DNA of 64,000 nt from an uncultured virus (IMG/VR IMGVR_UViG_3300020814_000207) (taxonomy: Duplodnaviria > Heunggongvirae > Uroviricota > Caudoviricetes), in the IMG/VR virus record IMGVR_UViG_3300020814_000207, positions 1-64,000 of that record, one strand, 5' to 3'. The stretch's first letter is position 1. Every line of letters starts with the position of its first letter. This document shows positions 19,469-30,820 of the stretch, piece by piece. Both the position numbers and the translations under genes were made by a program. The notes under the pieces were generated by a model. The model saw nothing but the letters and a program-made list of their open reading frames with translations. It did not search any database and was not told where the DNA came from.

Positions 19469-20545
19469 ATGGATCGCGCAGAGCGGGAAAGATTAATCGC
19501 ATTGATATCGTGGGGCAAAATATCGGTCAACTCTACCCTTAATAATGGGTCGCGTGTTACTGTTATTCTGCGTCCTGCGACATCGGAAGATATGGCTATG
19601 GCTACAATGGCCTATAACGAAGCATATATATTAGCCCGAACAAATGGCCTTATGTCCGAGGAGGAGGCTATTGCGTTATACACAAATACGGGTGAGTGGT
19701 CTGATGCATTCAATACGCAAATAGCTGGATTAAAAAAAGACATCTATACAATGAAGCGTGGGTTGTTGGATTTCCTGTTTAACACGGATCGTCTTGAAAA
19801 AACCAGAAGTGCGATTAGACAAGCAGAAAGAGTGTTGATCGATAAGATCGAGCAACGGTCATCGCTACTTAACGATACGATAGAGTCATATTCGGCAATG
19901 GCGCAACAAAGATATCTAATAGGTTGTGTAGCCAATACAATTGATGGTGGTAAGTTTTTTGATGATATTGACACTTCAAGTGAGCATGCACTAATCAAGC
20001 AACTTGTTGCTATTTTTTTTCTTACGTCGCGATATTCTGAACGAGTACTGAGAGAGATTGCAAGAACAGATCCATGGAGGTCTATGTGGAATGCTAGTAA
20101 AATAGTTAATCGTATTTTTAATGGCAATCCAATCGAATGGAGTTATAACCAAACAGAGTTGGTTCGATGGTCTCATTTATATGATATGGTATTTGATTCA
20201 TGCGATAGACCAAGTAGTCTAGTTGTCGATGATGACGATCTATTGGACTCGTGGATTATTCGACAAAATGAAAAGTTTGATTCTAGTAGTAAGCAAAAGG
20301 AATCTGAGAAAATATTAAATCTAAGTAATACACAAAATGGTAGGCAAGAAGTGTTTGTGGTTACTGATCGTAATAGCGCTAGTAGGGTCTACGATATGAA
20401 TACGCCTGTGGCCAGGAGGACAATTAAGAGAAACCAGGAAATAATTAGTGGGTCACACGAAATTAGCGACGCGCATCTCCCGAATAGTCAGGCAGAAATA
20501 AGGGAGTTGGCTATGGCGAAGTCCCGAGAAAGGATTCGGAGATGA
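19469..20545 (+). CDS. Putative tail assembly chaperone
   Basis: Helical, 358 aa, between tail tube and tape measure genes. Confidence 0.45.
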   Translation: MDRAERERLIALISWGKISVNSTLNNGSRVTVILRPATSEDMAMATMAYNEAYILARTNGLMSEEEAIALYTNTGEWSDAFNTQIAGLKKDIYTMKRGLLDFLFNTDRLEKTRSAIRQAERVLIDKIEQRSSLLNDTIESYSAMAQQRYLIGCVANTIDGGKFFDDIDTSSEHALIKQLVAIFFLTSRYSERVLREIARTDPWRSMWNASKIVNRIFNGNPIEWSYNQTELVRWSHLYDMVFDSCDRPSSLVVDDDDLLDSWIIRQNEKFDSSSKQKESEKILNLSNTQNGRQEVFVVTDRNSASRVYDMNTPVARRTIKRNQEIISGSHEISDAHLPNSQAEIRELAMAKSRERIRR

Positions 20546-20868
20546 ATCGAAAAGACCAGATCAATAACCGATCAAGAGACAGACTAAAACAGATAGCGTC
20601 AAAGAAGATAACAACAAGCTTTATTTTCCCAATAGCTGAGTTTGAACAGGTATTCGGATTAGAATTATGGGGAATGGGTTTGCCAGAAAACGAAATTACG
20701 GCACGACAAAAAATTAACAGAGAAAGATGGGAGAAACTTAGATTAAGTGTTTTGAACAATGGCAACAAACAGGCAAGAGCATTGAATGCGGAAATAGACC
20801 TGCATACTGTTGAGTTCGTAGGGTATAGGATGTCACTGAAACCGATAGGAGAGAATGAGGATGGATAA
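20542..20868 (+). CDS. Hypothetical protein (tail module)
   Basis: ATGA overlap with the upstream gene indicates translational coupling. Confidence 0.55.
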   Translation: MNRKDQINNRSRDRLKQIASKKITTSFIFPIAEFEQVFGLELWGMGLPENEITARQKINRERWEKLRLSVLNNGNKQARALNAEIDLHTVEFVGYRMSLKPIGENEDG

Positions 20869-21721
20869 GCAAATTGATGTTACAGGCAAGGATCTGTTGG
20901 GGAAAGATATTAGTTTGATTGTTATCAAACCTGGGCATAAATTGATGCAGGAAGCACAACTTCAATATAGTCTTCGGCTAGCCCAGCTTATGAGAAGTGG
21001 CGTAAATAAAAATGAAAGACTTCTGTCAAGAAGTGAACTAGATAAACACCTCGAAAACATGGGCGTATGGACGAGAGATGATGCAATTCGGTTCAATGAG
21101 CTACAAATCGAGATACGAGCATGTGAGTGCGCATTAAAACAAGGCGGAATTAAACTTTCAGAAGCCCGCAGTTTCGCATTGCACATTGGGGATCTTAGGA
21201 ATGAATTAATGCAACTTCATGCAAAAAGATCGCAGTTCGATAGTGCTACGATGGAATCTGTTGCAGAGAACTATAGATTCAATTGGCTTATTACCAAATG
21301 CGCAATTAGGGCCGACAATGGCAATCCGTATTTTATGGATGTTGACGATTATTTAGGTAGAAGTGACGAACCCATTGCCGTACTTGTAGCAACGACTCTG
21401 GCAAAAATTATGTATGGATATGATGATGGGTTTGCCGACACACTCCCAGAAATTCAATGGATGAAGAAATACGGATTCATGGATCAGAGCGGAAGATTGA
21501 CGGACAGAAACGGCGATTTTGTGGATCGCTCTGGCCGTCGTGTTGACGAGAATGGTAGATATATCGACAAGGATGGCAATTTTGTTGATATTGATGGTAA
21601 TAAAGTTGATGTAAATGGTGAGTTGGTTATTGACGCTAAGCCTTTTATAGACGACGAAACTGGAGAGCCAATCGCAGATACCACAACCAAACTCAAGAAG
21701 AAGGGTCGGAATAAGGGGTAA
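20861..21721 (+). CDS. Putative tail assembly chaperone with C-terminal DxxG heptad repeats
   Basis: Immediately upstream of the tape measure gene. AGGAG lies 9 nt before ATG 20861. Loosely resembles the N-half of 19469-20545 (GVWTRD vs GEWSDA followed by a coiled coil). Confidence 0.45.
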   Translation: MDKQIDVTGKDLLGKDISLIVIKPGHKLMQEAQLQYSLRLAQLMRSGVNKNERLLSRSELDKHLENMGVWTRDDAIRFNELQIEIRACECALKQGGIKLSEARSFALHIGDLRNELMQLHAKRSQFDSATMESVAENYRFNWLITKCAIRADNGNPYFMDVDDYLGRSDEPIAVLVATTLAKIMYGYDDGFADTLPEIQWMKKYGFMDQSGRLTDRNGDFVDRSGRRVDENGRYIDKDGNFVDIDGNKVDVNGELVIDAKPFIDDETGEPIADTTTKLKKKGRNKG

Positions 21722-21727
21722 TATCAA

Positions 21728-24700
21728 ATGGGATTTGTACTTGATTCCAGTTTACGAATATCGTCAATCATAGTTGGGGCCGATATTAAGCAACAACTTG
21801 CCGGTATCACTAAGGGGGTAGACCTTGGCAAATTATCTGGTTTCAAGGGATTAAATCCAGTAGCCCTACAGTCAATAACTAAGTTTAATGCTGGAATAGC
21901 TGCTGCTATAAAACAAATGCATGGGCTTGCGACAGCAGCGCAATCTGTTAGCATAGCGGTCGAGGGATCGATACTGAAAGCCGCTAACTCCGTTGACGTG
22001 CTGATAGGTAAATTAAAACAAGCACAAGGAATAGGTATATCCCCAACAATAGCCGCAACAAAGGGCGTGGTGTCTCCAGTAGTTGGCGCTGGATCTGCTC
22101 AAACATCAGCAAGTATTCAAGCACAAATTCAACAGATATCAAGCGCTGCAAAATCAACTAAGGACGCTATTGCTCAAGCTGGCCCACTAATAGTGCAAGC
22201 TGCACAACAAACCACTATGCCAAAGATACCGTCTATGACTAGTAAACCATACATACCATCCGTGGTTTCTCCAGATACAATACCGAATATTGAAAAACTA
22301 AAAGCGGCTACGACACAAGCCTCGCTAGCAATCGATAAAATTGGCGCATCTAGCTCTACAGCAGCTACGGCTGTAACTGGAAATATGGCCAAGTCCACTA
22401 TGGCTGCTAAGGATTTTGGTGATTCTATATTTCTAGCCGGAAAAAGATACGGGGCGTTTTTAGCCGCCACCACCATCCCATTTGTGGCATTGGCTGGAAT
22501 AAGAGAAGCTACTAAAAATGTAATTGATTTTGACCTAACCATGGTTAAGCTGGACCAAACCCTTCAACCAACACGAACAGAATTAGCCAGTCTTAGAAAA
22601 GAAATATTGGACTTAAGTGTGGCAACTGGTACCAGTGCAGACGAACTTGGCAAAGCTGCTGTTACTCTCGCACAAGCTGGATTCGAAGGAGATAAATTAC
22701 GCGCTGCATTAGAAATGGTCTCTAAGGTTCCACTGCTTCCATCTCTTGAAGGTATTGATCAGGCCACAGAGGGCCTTATCGCAGTTATGGGTCAATTTAA
22801 ATTAGAAGCCGAAGACATACCGGCGGTGTTTGATAAGGTTAACGAAGTAGCCAAAAGATATGCCGTAACGTCAGGGGATCTTATAGAAGCTGTTAAGCGC
22901 GGTGGTGGTGCATGGTCTGCCCTTGGTGGTAGTATCGACGAATTCCTGGCCATCATAACGGCGGCAAAACAAACGACACAAGAAAGTGCTGAAACAATTG
23001 GTACTGGGCTTAGAACGATATCTGCAAGAATTACCCGTCCAGCTACATTAGAATTTCTACGTAGCATTGGTGTCCAAACAGAAGATGCTAGTGGCAAAGT
23101 ATTGTCATTGTATAGAATATTGGAACAAACATCTAAGGTATTTGCTGGGGCAGATCAGCTTAGGCGACGAGACATAGCAGAAAGTCTTGGTGGTTTGAGA
23201 CAGATAGGTAGGGTTATAGCTATATTAGATAATTTCAATATAGTCAACGAAGCGCTTGGCGTTTCATTGTCCTCTGCCGGATCGGTACAAAACGACGTTG
23301 CCAAGGGTATGAGTTCTTTGTCAAAGCAAATAGATGTCATGAAAGCCAAGATGAACGAACTTGTTCAAACATTGGCTCCAGAAATTTTTACCCCATTCAT
23401 CCAATTCATGATCAGCGCAGGGAATGCGGCAACTAAGCTAACAGGTGTGCTATCTCCGTTACTAAAAACACTACTAGCTATTGGCGCAGCAACCGCTGCT
23501 GTTAAGGGGGTTGGTCTACTAGCGAGTTTGGCAGGACGAGTAAGTACTGCTGGTGGGATCAGTGGGGTTCAGGGCGTTGGCTTATTGGGTTTGGTTGGAC
23601 AACAATTCGCGTCTGGCAGAACACAGGGTTTAACCAGTGCTGGTAAGCGTATGGGATTACCAGAGGGACAACTACCAACGGCCGTACCGCTTTATCAAAG
23701 CCCGGCAGCACAGTTGGTTGGACTTGGTGTTGTATCTATTCTTGGCGACGCAGTTGACAATTATTCAAATCAATTGGATGGTGCGGCAAAGTCTACTGCC
23801 GAATTTACCGGAAGAATGATTAAGTCTACAACAATGCTCGTTGGTTTATTGTCTATCTTGCGTGGCCAAAGTGTTGGACAAACACTCCGGGGATTTGCGC
23901 CTGGTGCAAGAGGGGCCGGTATTGGTAGATTCGCTGGTCCAGCGGGTGCTGCCGTAGCATTAATTGGTTTGGCCGCTACTACAAGAGCAGACCAAGTAGA
24001 GACCGCTATAGCAGAAAAGATGGATGAGGTTGCTGCTAAAATCAAGGCAATTCAAGTTCCAGATCCATCTAATATTGCAGATACTGATGCCGCACTGAAA
24101 ACATTAGTAGACTCAACCCTGGATACCATCAAGCAATCAGTCGAATATTATTCAGGTTTTGCTGGCGGCGTTGCTGAAGTAGGCAGAAGATTGAATACAC
24201 TAGTTTCTGGTATATTGTCTTTTGATATTAGAAAAATTGGAGAAGCATTTGATCCGAGTACGGTAAGCGTCGATGCTTCTAAAATGGTTTCTGATATTTT
24301 TGGACAGAACCTAAATTTACTACATACCATTATGGAATCTGCTGTTCAAAAAAGTGGATCAGATTTCTACAGCAACCTACGAAGTACGGTACAGGAATTT
24401 TTACAACAACGAGGCATGAAGTTTTCAGCAGATTTATCTACCGAAATTACCAACACGATTTTACAAAGGGCTGGTGGATGGTCTGCAATCAAAGAGGCTA
24501 TTGATAAGCAGGCTGCTGCTATACGTCAATCGCGACTTGACGAGGCCGCTAGGACAGCAGCGCGTAATCTTTCTATGGTACTGGTGCCACCGACTCTTCC
24601 TGGGCAATTAATCACTCTTGGGAAGGCCGTCGACGAAGTGGCGAAATCCATAACAGCAAGTATCAATGCGTTTGATGCGGTAACCGGATCTATAGAAGGT

Positions 24701-27625
24701 ATCAGCGCACCCAAATTACCACAGCAACTAGAAAAACAAGCGACGATAGAGTTGCTTGGAACTGGGAGATTGGCTGGGTTAGAAACAGCAAAACCAGATT
24801 TGGCGAATTACGTTAAAACAACCAATGATATTGTAGAAATAACGAAGAAGTTTGTAGAAAGTATTTCTAGTTTACAGGCTCAAGCGACAACTGCTGGTAA
24901 ACTAGAACCAGGAAAATTTTTGCCCCCACTAGAGGAAGATCAGATAGACGAGACAATCCAGCGATTTATTGAATCACAAGAAATTCCGGATAAGCTTAAG
25001 GGTCGTATTAGTATGTTGCTTCGAGATATCGGTGTTGCTATGCTTGAGGGTATTGAGCTATCCGGGGCTGGAATCAATACCGACAAAATGAATGAACTTA
25101 TTAAGAAACATATTGGTATTATTATGCCAACACAAGACGATATCATCAATATTACACAGCAAGAGCTAAATGCTAGACTATTGGTATCGCAAAGACGAGG
25201 GGAATTTGAGGCTAGACAGCTTCAACGAGAAGTTGGTCTCGGCAATACCCCAGAGACACAATTCGAAATTACGATGGAAATGCTAAGACGAGCAGGGGTT
25301 AGAACTCCAGCTAGAGAAACCGGAACACCAACAGATTTATTGAGATCGACCAATCTTGTCCCGTCGTTGCAAGAGGCAATGACGAATGTCACACGAGAGA
25401 TGGCAAATCAGTTAAATGCTATCTATAGGGCCGCTGAAACTGGAGTAACGATAGACGACACTGGTATGGAGAAGTCGTTCGTTGCAATGGTTCAGGATCT
25501 CGAAAATACCAGAAGTCGTTTTCTGGCGTTGCAAGCGGCTATAGAATCACTAAAGAGATCGCTATCATCATACGACCAATTTGAGCAAGAAAGGATTACA
25601 AAACAAGAGGAGGCTGTTAATTTACAAGCAAAACTTGGCGCTCAAATAGAGGGAATGCGCAAGACAGAAATGGTTCTTGTTGGCAGGAGATCTGCCGCTG
25701 GTACACAAGAAGAAAGGGCTGTTCTTGATGAACAACTACGACTAATAAGGGAAACTCGTGGTCAAATAGAACAACCCTATGGCATTGCGAAAGAGATAGC
25801 TGGTGGTCCACTTGATGTCAATAAGGAAGCATCTCGCCGATTAACTGATTCTCTAATAGAGTCACAAAAAAGATTACAGGAAATCTATCAGAGACAAATC
25901 AACGTTGAACCAACCGCTGTAGACAAAACGCAATTTGCTGGCATTAGCGAATCGATGCAAAATGCTATAACAGGATTTAACGAAACGATTACCGAGATTT
26001 TTAGATTAGAATCAAAGCAGCGATCAGAACTAACAAAAGAACAAATCCAATTACTGGAAAGACAACTTGGCCAAATAGGCATAGAACAAGAAAGGATCAT
26101 TGCCGAAGAGACTGGTCTGAACGATCCGTTTGGTGCTAACAAATTCAGTAAAGCCGTCGACAAATTTGAGTCTGCTGTTATTCAAATGGGTCTTGAAGAA
26201 GCCCCAATAGACCAGACACAATTGTTCACTGGAACCAAAGCTAATCTTGAAACGATGACACCTGGACAACTAACCAACTTTGAACGAGCGCTATTTGGCG
26301 GATTATCTATAAAAGAATTGGAAAACAGGGCAAATCAATTGCTTAGTCAGCAAAAGGTACGAGTCGAGGAACCCGGCAAGGCTGTAGGTGGAATGGGATA
26401 TTACGGTGGTGTTATAATTGGTCCTGGGCGGGATCTAAAAAACTTACAGGAAATTCGAGAATCTACATCTAAGACAACAGTAACAACTGGACTGTCTGCT
26501 ATAGCAGCAATACTGGCGAAGGAACGTGCTGCTGTTTCTCCTGGAACCGAAGAGGAAATACAAGATAGGATATTGTCAATTCTAACGACTGGTGAGGGTG
26601 CGAAACTAGACGAATTTCAGGTGACCCCGGCCGTTACCGAATTATTTGATGTTCTCGAAAAGGGAAGGACAGTCAATACCGAAACAACCAATTCAATAAA
26701 TGAGTTAGGTCGTTCTGCCGCAGTGGCAACAACTGCTATAGCAGACTTGGCGACAGCATCTCGACCCGTTGGTGTCGCGACAACACAGCCGTCTACTGGC
26801 ATTGTCCCTGCCACAATACCATCTGTTGGGCCATCGCCATATAAACCAACCGTATCATTAGATACAGCCAGACAGCAAACTGTCGCACAAGAACTTTTTA
26901 GTTCAAGCAAGTTTATCGAAGAGTTGCAAGCAGGGAAAACTAGCGGCGGTATCATAATGCCTGCTCCCGGATACGGTGGAAGGACAGTCACGATTGGGGA
27001 GTCTGGAGACATAGCCGTACAAAATATTGTCCAGTCAACGAATGTAATTTCTGATACGTTCAATCGGCTTAAAGAAAACCTTGGTGGACTATTTAACTTA
27101 TTGCCAATAAACGATCCGGCCGCTGGTTTTGGCAGGACGGAAATAAATGGACAACAGCAAACGCAACAGGTTAGCCAGCTATCCGATTTGGTTTCTAGAA
27201 TAGACGCAGTAATAGCATCAATCGGTACAACAAATACGGAAAATGCACAGATTATCAAAGAGGCGATAGATAAAATAGTGGCTATTGAAATTCCTGGTAT
27301 CGGAGACAATACTTCTGCGTCTCGCGACAATACGACCACATTACAAGAGATATCTGGACAACAGCGAGTACTAACCGAAACATTGGCAGATACATCAAAG
27401 ACAATACAAGAGGGTATTGGTCTTAAGGTTGAGTCACTACAGCAAGTAAATGTTAATGTAAATGGTCTAACAGAGGCTATTCAGAATGAGTTGCGACCGG
27501 CTATTGAGGATGCTGCTAGAAACGCGGCAAAACAAATTATATATAGAACTCTTAGAGACTTGGCTAACGCTTCTGACATGGAAGGTGCTCGTATATTCGG
27601 TGTAGCGGCACAACAGCTTGCGTAA
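21728..27625 (+). CDS. Tail tape measure protein
   Basis: 1965 aa, Ala/Gln-rich and helical, with a TP901-type core (TGTSADELGKAAVTLAQAG; SAETIGTGLRTISAR) and glycine-rich hydrophobic segments. Confidence 0.9.
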   Translation: MGFVLDSSLRISSIIVGADIKQQLAGITKGVDLGKLSGFKGLNPVALQSITKFNAGIAAAIKQMHGLATAAQSVSIAVEGSILKAANSVDVLIGKLKQAQGIGISPTIAATKGVVSPVVGAGSAQTSASIQAQIQQISSAAKSTKDAIAQAGPLIVQAAQQTTMPKIPSMTSKPYIPSVVSPDTIPNIEKLKAATTQASLAIDKIGASSSTAATAVTGNMAKSTMAAKDFGDSIFLAGKRYGAFLAATTIPFVALAGIREATKNVIDFDLTMVKLDQTLQPTRTELASLRKEILDLSVATGTSADELGKAAVTLAQAGFEGDKLRAALEMVSKVPLLPSLEGIDQATEGLIAVMGQFKLEAEDIPAVFDKVNEVAKRYAVTSGDLIEAVKRGGGAWSALGGSIDEFLAIITAAKQTTQESAETIGTGLRTISARITRPATLEFLRSIGVQTEDASGKVLSLYRILEQTSKVFAGADQLRRRDIAESLGGLRQIGRVIAILDNFNIVNEALGVSLSSAGSVQNDVAKGMSSLSKQIDVMKAKMNELVQTLAPEIFTPFIQFMISAGNAATKLTGVLSPLLKTLLAIGAATAAVKGVGLLASLAGRVSTAGGISGVQGVGLLGLVGQQFASGRTQGLTSAGKRMGLPEGQLPTAVPLYQSPAAQLVGLGVVSILGDAVDNYSNQLDGAAKSTAEFTGRMIKSTTMLVGLLSILRGQSVGQTLRGFAPGARGAGIGRFAGPAGAAVALIGLAATTRADQVETAIAEKMDEVAAKIKAIQVPDPSNIADTDAALKTLVDSTLDTIKQSVEYYSGFAGGVAEVGRRLNTLVSGILSFDIRKIGEAFDPSTVSVDASKMVSDIFGQNLNLLHTIMESAVQKSGSDFYSNLRSTVQEFLQQRGMKFSADLSTEITNTILQRAGGWSAIKEAIDKQAAAIRQSRLDEAARTAARNLSMVLVPPTLPGQLITLGKAVDEVAKSITASINAFDAVTGSIEGISAPKLPQQLEKQATIELLGTGRLAGLETAKPDLANYVKTTNDIVEITKKFVESISSLQAQATTAGKLEPGKFLPPLEEDQIDETIQRFIESQEIPDKLKGRISMLLRDIGVAMLEGIELSGAGINTDKMNELIKKHIGIIMPTQDDIINITQQELNARLLVSQRRGEFEARQLQREVGLGNTPETQFEITMEMLRRAGVRTPARETGTPTDLLRSTNLVPSLQEAMTNVTREMANQLNAIYRAAETGVTIDDTGMEKSFVAMVQDLENTRSRFLALQAAIESLKRSLSSYDQFEQERITKQEEAVNLQAKLGAQIEGMRKTEMVLVGRRSAAGTQEERAVLDEQLRLIRETRGQIEQPYGIAKEIAGGPLDVNKEASRRLTDSLIESQKRLQEIYQRQINVEPTAVDKTQFAGISESMQNAITGFNETITEIFRLESKQRSELTKEQIQLLERQLGQIGIEQERIIAEETGLNDPFGANKFSKAVDKFESAVIQMGLEEAPIDQTQLFTGTKANLETMTPGQLTNFERALFGGLSIKELENRANQLLSQQKVRVEEPGKAVGGMGYYGGVIIGPGRDLKNLQEIRESTSKTTVTTGLSAIAAILAKERAAVSPGTEEEIQDRILSILTTGEGAKLDEFQVTPAVTELFDVLEKGRTVNTETTNSINELGRSAAVATTAIADLATASRPVGVATTQPSTGIVPATIPSVGPSPYKPTVSLDTARQQTVAQELFSSSKFIEELQAGKTSGGIIMPAPGYGGRTVTIGESGDIAVQNIVQSTNVISDTFNRLKENLGGLFNLLPINDPAAGFGRTEINGQQQTQQVSQLSDLVSRIDAVIASIGTTNTENAQIIKEAIDKIVAIEIPGIGDNTSASRDNTTTLQEISGQQRVLTETLADTSKTIQEGIGLKVESLQQVNVNVNGLTEAIQNELRPAIEDAARNAAKQIIYRTLRDLANASDMEGARIFGVAAQQLA

Positions 27626-27637
27626 CACGAGGATGAT

Positions 27638-30600
27638 ATGGGTCTTTTGTATAACGACAACGTAATATTTTACCTGCCATTCACGTCTGGCTTACATGAG
27701 TATATGGCTGGCAAATTATGGACAGACGTTAGTGGCAGAGCTAATCCTACGGCATCAGGACTCATAGGTAGTGGATTTTGTGTACAGCAGGGATATTCAG
27801 AAAATTATATAGAAACACAAACACTATCCGATTATCCAACATCTAGTGGTACGACATCATTAACGATGGCTGTTTGGACAAGCGGTATTCACGCCAGCGC
27901 CGAAACGAATATAGCCGGTGGATATGGTAGTGTGGCCAATTATTTTACTGACGGATTAAAGATATATACCGATTCAACAGATCATGTTAAGCTGGGGTAC
28001 TATGCAAGAACTACATCCTTGGACTCGTTTTCAATTGTTGGGCCAGTTGGAACAAACGTTGCGTGGCACCTGATAGTAGCAAGGGTTTTATTCGATGGGT
28101 CCGTTGCATCTGGCGACATTAGTATAAATGGTAGTGGATGGCAGAGCCTGGGGGCATTAAGCGAAGCCAATTATCCAACACTCAATACTGCTTATCTAAG
28201 ATATTATCAGAATAATAGAAAAAATGGGGTATGGCAGGTTCCCGTTGACGAATTTGTTTTATGGAAAAACGCGCCACAGTTTACTAATGAAGAATTACAA
28301 AATCTGTATGATCTAGCTACCGTATACAATAGCCAGATGAGCGATTATGAATTACAGTATCCTTTATCAGAATCAATTGATCTGTTTATTTCTGGTCCCA
28401 TTCCAAGTGTTTCTTCTGGGTCTTGTGATTTGTTCATAAAAAGCTCTGTGTTATTAGATGCGCATCCATTGTACCCGGACAACATAGTGTTTTACCATCC
28501 CTTTACGTCTGGTGGCATTGAATATACGAAGTCGGCATCATGGTCTGGATATCTTGATAGCATATCTTACACAGAAGAAGGGTTGATTGGCAGCGGCGTT
28601 ATTGCAGCGCCACTATGGAATGATGGTACACTATTATTCGAGCGCGGGAATTTATATGCTGGTGTATCTGGCACCACGTCTATGACAATGATGGTCTGGA
28701 CAAGCGGTAGCTTCAATAATTATACGTTATATGGTGCTGGATGGGGTAATTACAATAACTTTTATAATGGCTTGAGATGTTATGTTGATGCATCAAATAA
28801 TCTTAGACTACAATATTGGGTTAATGGGTCTGGACCAACTCTTTTTACTACTTCTGGGCCATATGCAGATACAAGTGGCTGGACTCTGCTAATTGGACGA
28901 ATATCTTTTGATGGAACAGATATCTCTGGCGACCTAAGCATTAATGGAAGTGGATGGAAGAACGTTGGAACACTAAGCGAATCGACATATCCTACCGGAA
29001 CAGATTCGCACCTTAGAATGTATCATTATCATAAATATTCGACACAACAATATCCGGCAGATGAAGTTGTACTATGGAGAAATATTCCAAAATTTACAAA
29101 CGATCAGTTATCTGAATTGTATGAATTGGGTGATTCTAGGAAGCAGTTATCTCAATATCCATCTAATGAAATAAATTTATATATTGGTGGAATACCAGCC
29201 AACGACACAGAAGAAACTACGCTGTTTGTGTGTGGAAAAGAATGTTCTAGTGGATTGTGCGATTTATCCATTAACGGAATAAGGTCTATTGGATCGCATT
29301 TACTATATCCAAACGACGTTGTGTTCTATCATCCGTTTACATCGGGTGGACTAGAATATACCCAAAACGTGTGGTGGTTTGGCTATAACACACAAATGAT
29401 ACCGGATGGTTTTATAGGAAGTGGAGTTAAACCAACATCGCTTAGTCCCTATCTGGTAAGAGATAGGGGATCGTTGTATCCTGATTGTTCCGGAGACACA
29501 TCATATACAGCGGCAATATGGAGTAGTGGATCGAATAGTTTTGTTAAGCAGTACGATATCGGTTGGGGTGACAGCATAGTTGATACATATAATTCAATCC
29601 TTTTGCATGTCAATAGTACAACAAATAGGAGTACGGTTGGATATAAAGTTGGAGACAGAAACTCTGTTATATTTAGTCCTAGTGGTGATATCGTAAGTCA
29701 AAGCGGGTGGGTATTAATTGTAGGAAGAGTTTATTTTAATGGGGTTGTCGCGTCTGGGGACGTTAGTGTTAACGGCGGTGATTGGGTTTCTCTTCCCGTT
29801 AAGTCAGAAACTAGAACGCCATCCGGGATAAGTTCCAGTGTACGATTTGAACCCAATAATTTTACAGTAGGCCCAATGGATTATTTTCCGTGCGACGAAG
29901 TAATTCTGTGGCACAATATACCTAAACTATCGACCGATCAACTAAAAACATTTTATCAAATGGGCTTATCGCAATTTTCAATGGATCAATATCCATCGAA
30001 TACCAAGGATTTATACATAGGGGGATGTATTACTTCCAGCGGAAGTATAGATCTATTCATTGATGTTCCTGAGCAATCATCTGGAACAATACCAGCTTAT
30101 GTTTCTGGATACCTGCCCGATGTTAGATTCATAGGTCAACACCTACCATACCCAGATAACGTGGTGTATTATCATCCGTTCACATCAGGAAATCTTGAAC
30201 AAACGAAACTCGTTGAGTGGGATACACTTGGCGCGATATATGTCAGTGGACTAATAGGAAGCGGAATTACTGGTGATGGATTCTATCCAGATGTTGGCGC
30301 ATCGTTTTATCACGAAGTCAATCCACTCTATGACTCTTCGTCTGGTACTATATCGATAACGTCGATGTACTGGACACAAGGTGCAGTAAATGGCTGTATA
30401 TTTGGATGGAGCAATAGCGGTGTTATTGATGAAGGTATTTATCCGTCATGGGTATACTCCAATGTCGAAATGAGTTATTATCTTGGTTCAAACCCTTATT
30501 CATTACCGGAGTTTCTAACACCGAATTTTGTCGGTGGATGGCATTTAATTATATCTCGCCTAGTATTTGATGGAACAACTGCATCCGGCGATATTAGCCT

Positions 30601-30820
30601 GAACGGTAGTGGATGGCAGAGCATGGGTTCTTTGCCAGAAACAAGATATCCAAGCGGAATAGCTTCTCATGCTTTTTTCAGATATTCCAACTTTGTTAGT
30701 TCGCCAGGATATAAAACAGACGAAGTTGTTTTATGGAAAAATATTCCAAAATTTACTTATGATGAATTACAAAAAATATATCAATGTGGCCTTTCTCTTA
30801 TTCCGATGGATTTTTATCCA
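27638..30820 (+). repeat. Four tandem domain-length repeats (starts near 27638, 28470, 29305, 30148)
   Basis: Protein-level repeats. Residual DNA identity, e.g. GGTAGTGGATGGCAGAGC near 28130 and 30605. Confidence 0.8.

Noticed and set aside
19469..21721. Programmed -1 frameshift between tail chaperone genes
   Set aside because: A and T runs exist (near 19731 and 20013) but mid-gene. Each ORF has its own plausible start, and I saw no convincing slippery site at the overlaps.
17321..21721. Contractile tail sheath gene
   Set aside because: No ORF with sheath size and motifs next to the tube gene.
26617..27339. 240-aa antisense ORF, and many shorter antisense or overlapping ORFs in the track
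   Set aside because: They lie opposite well-supported genes and have no recognisable motifs, as expected for shadow ORFs.
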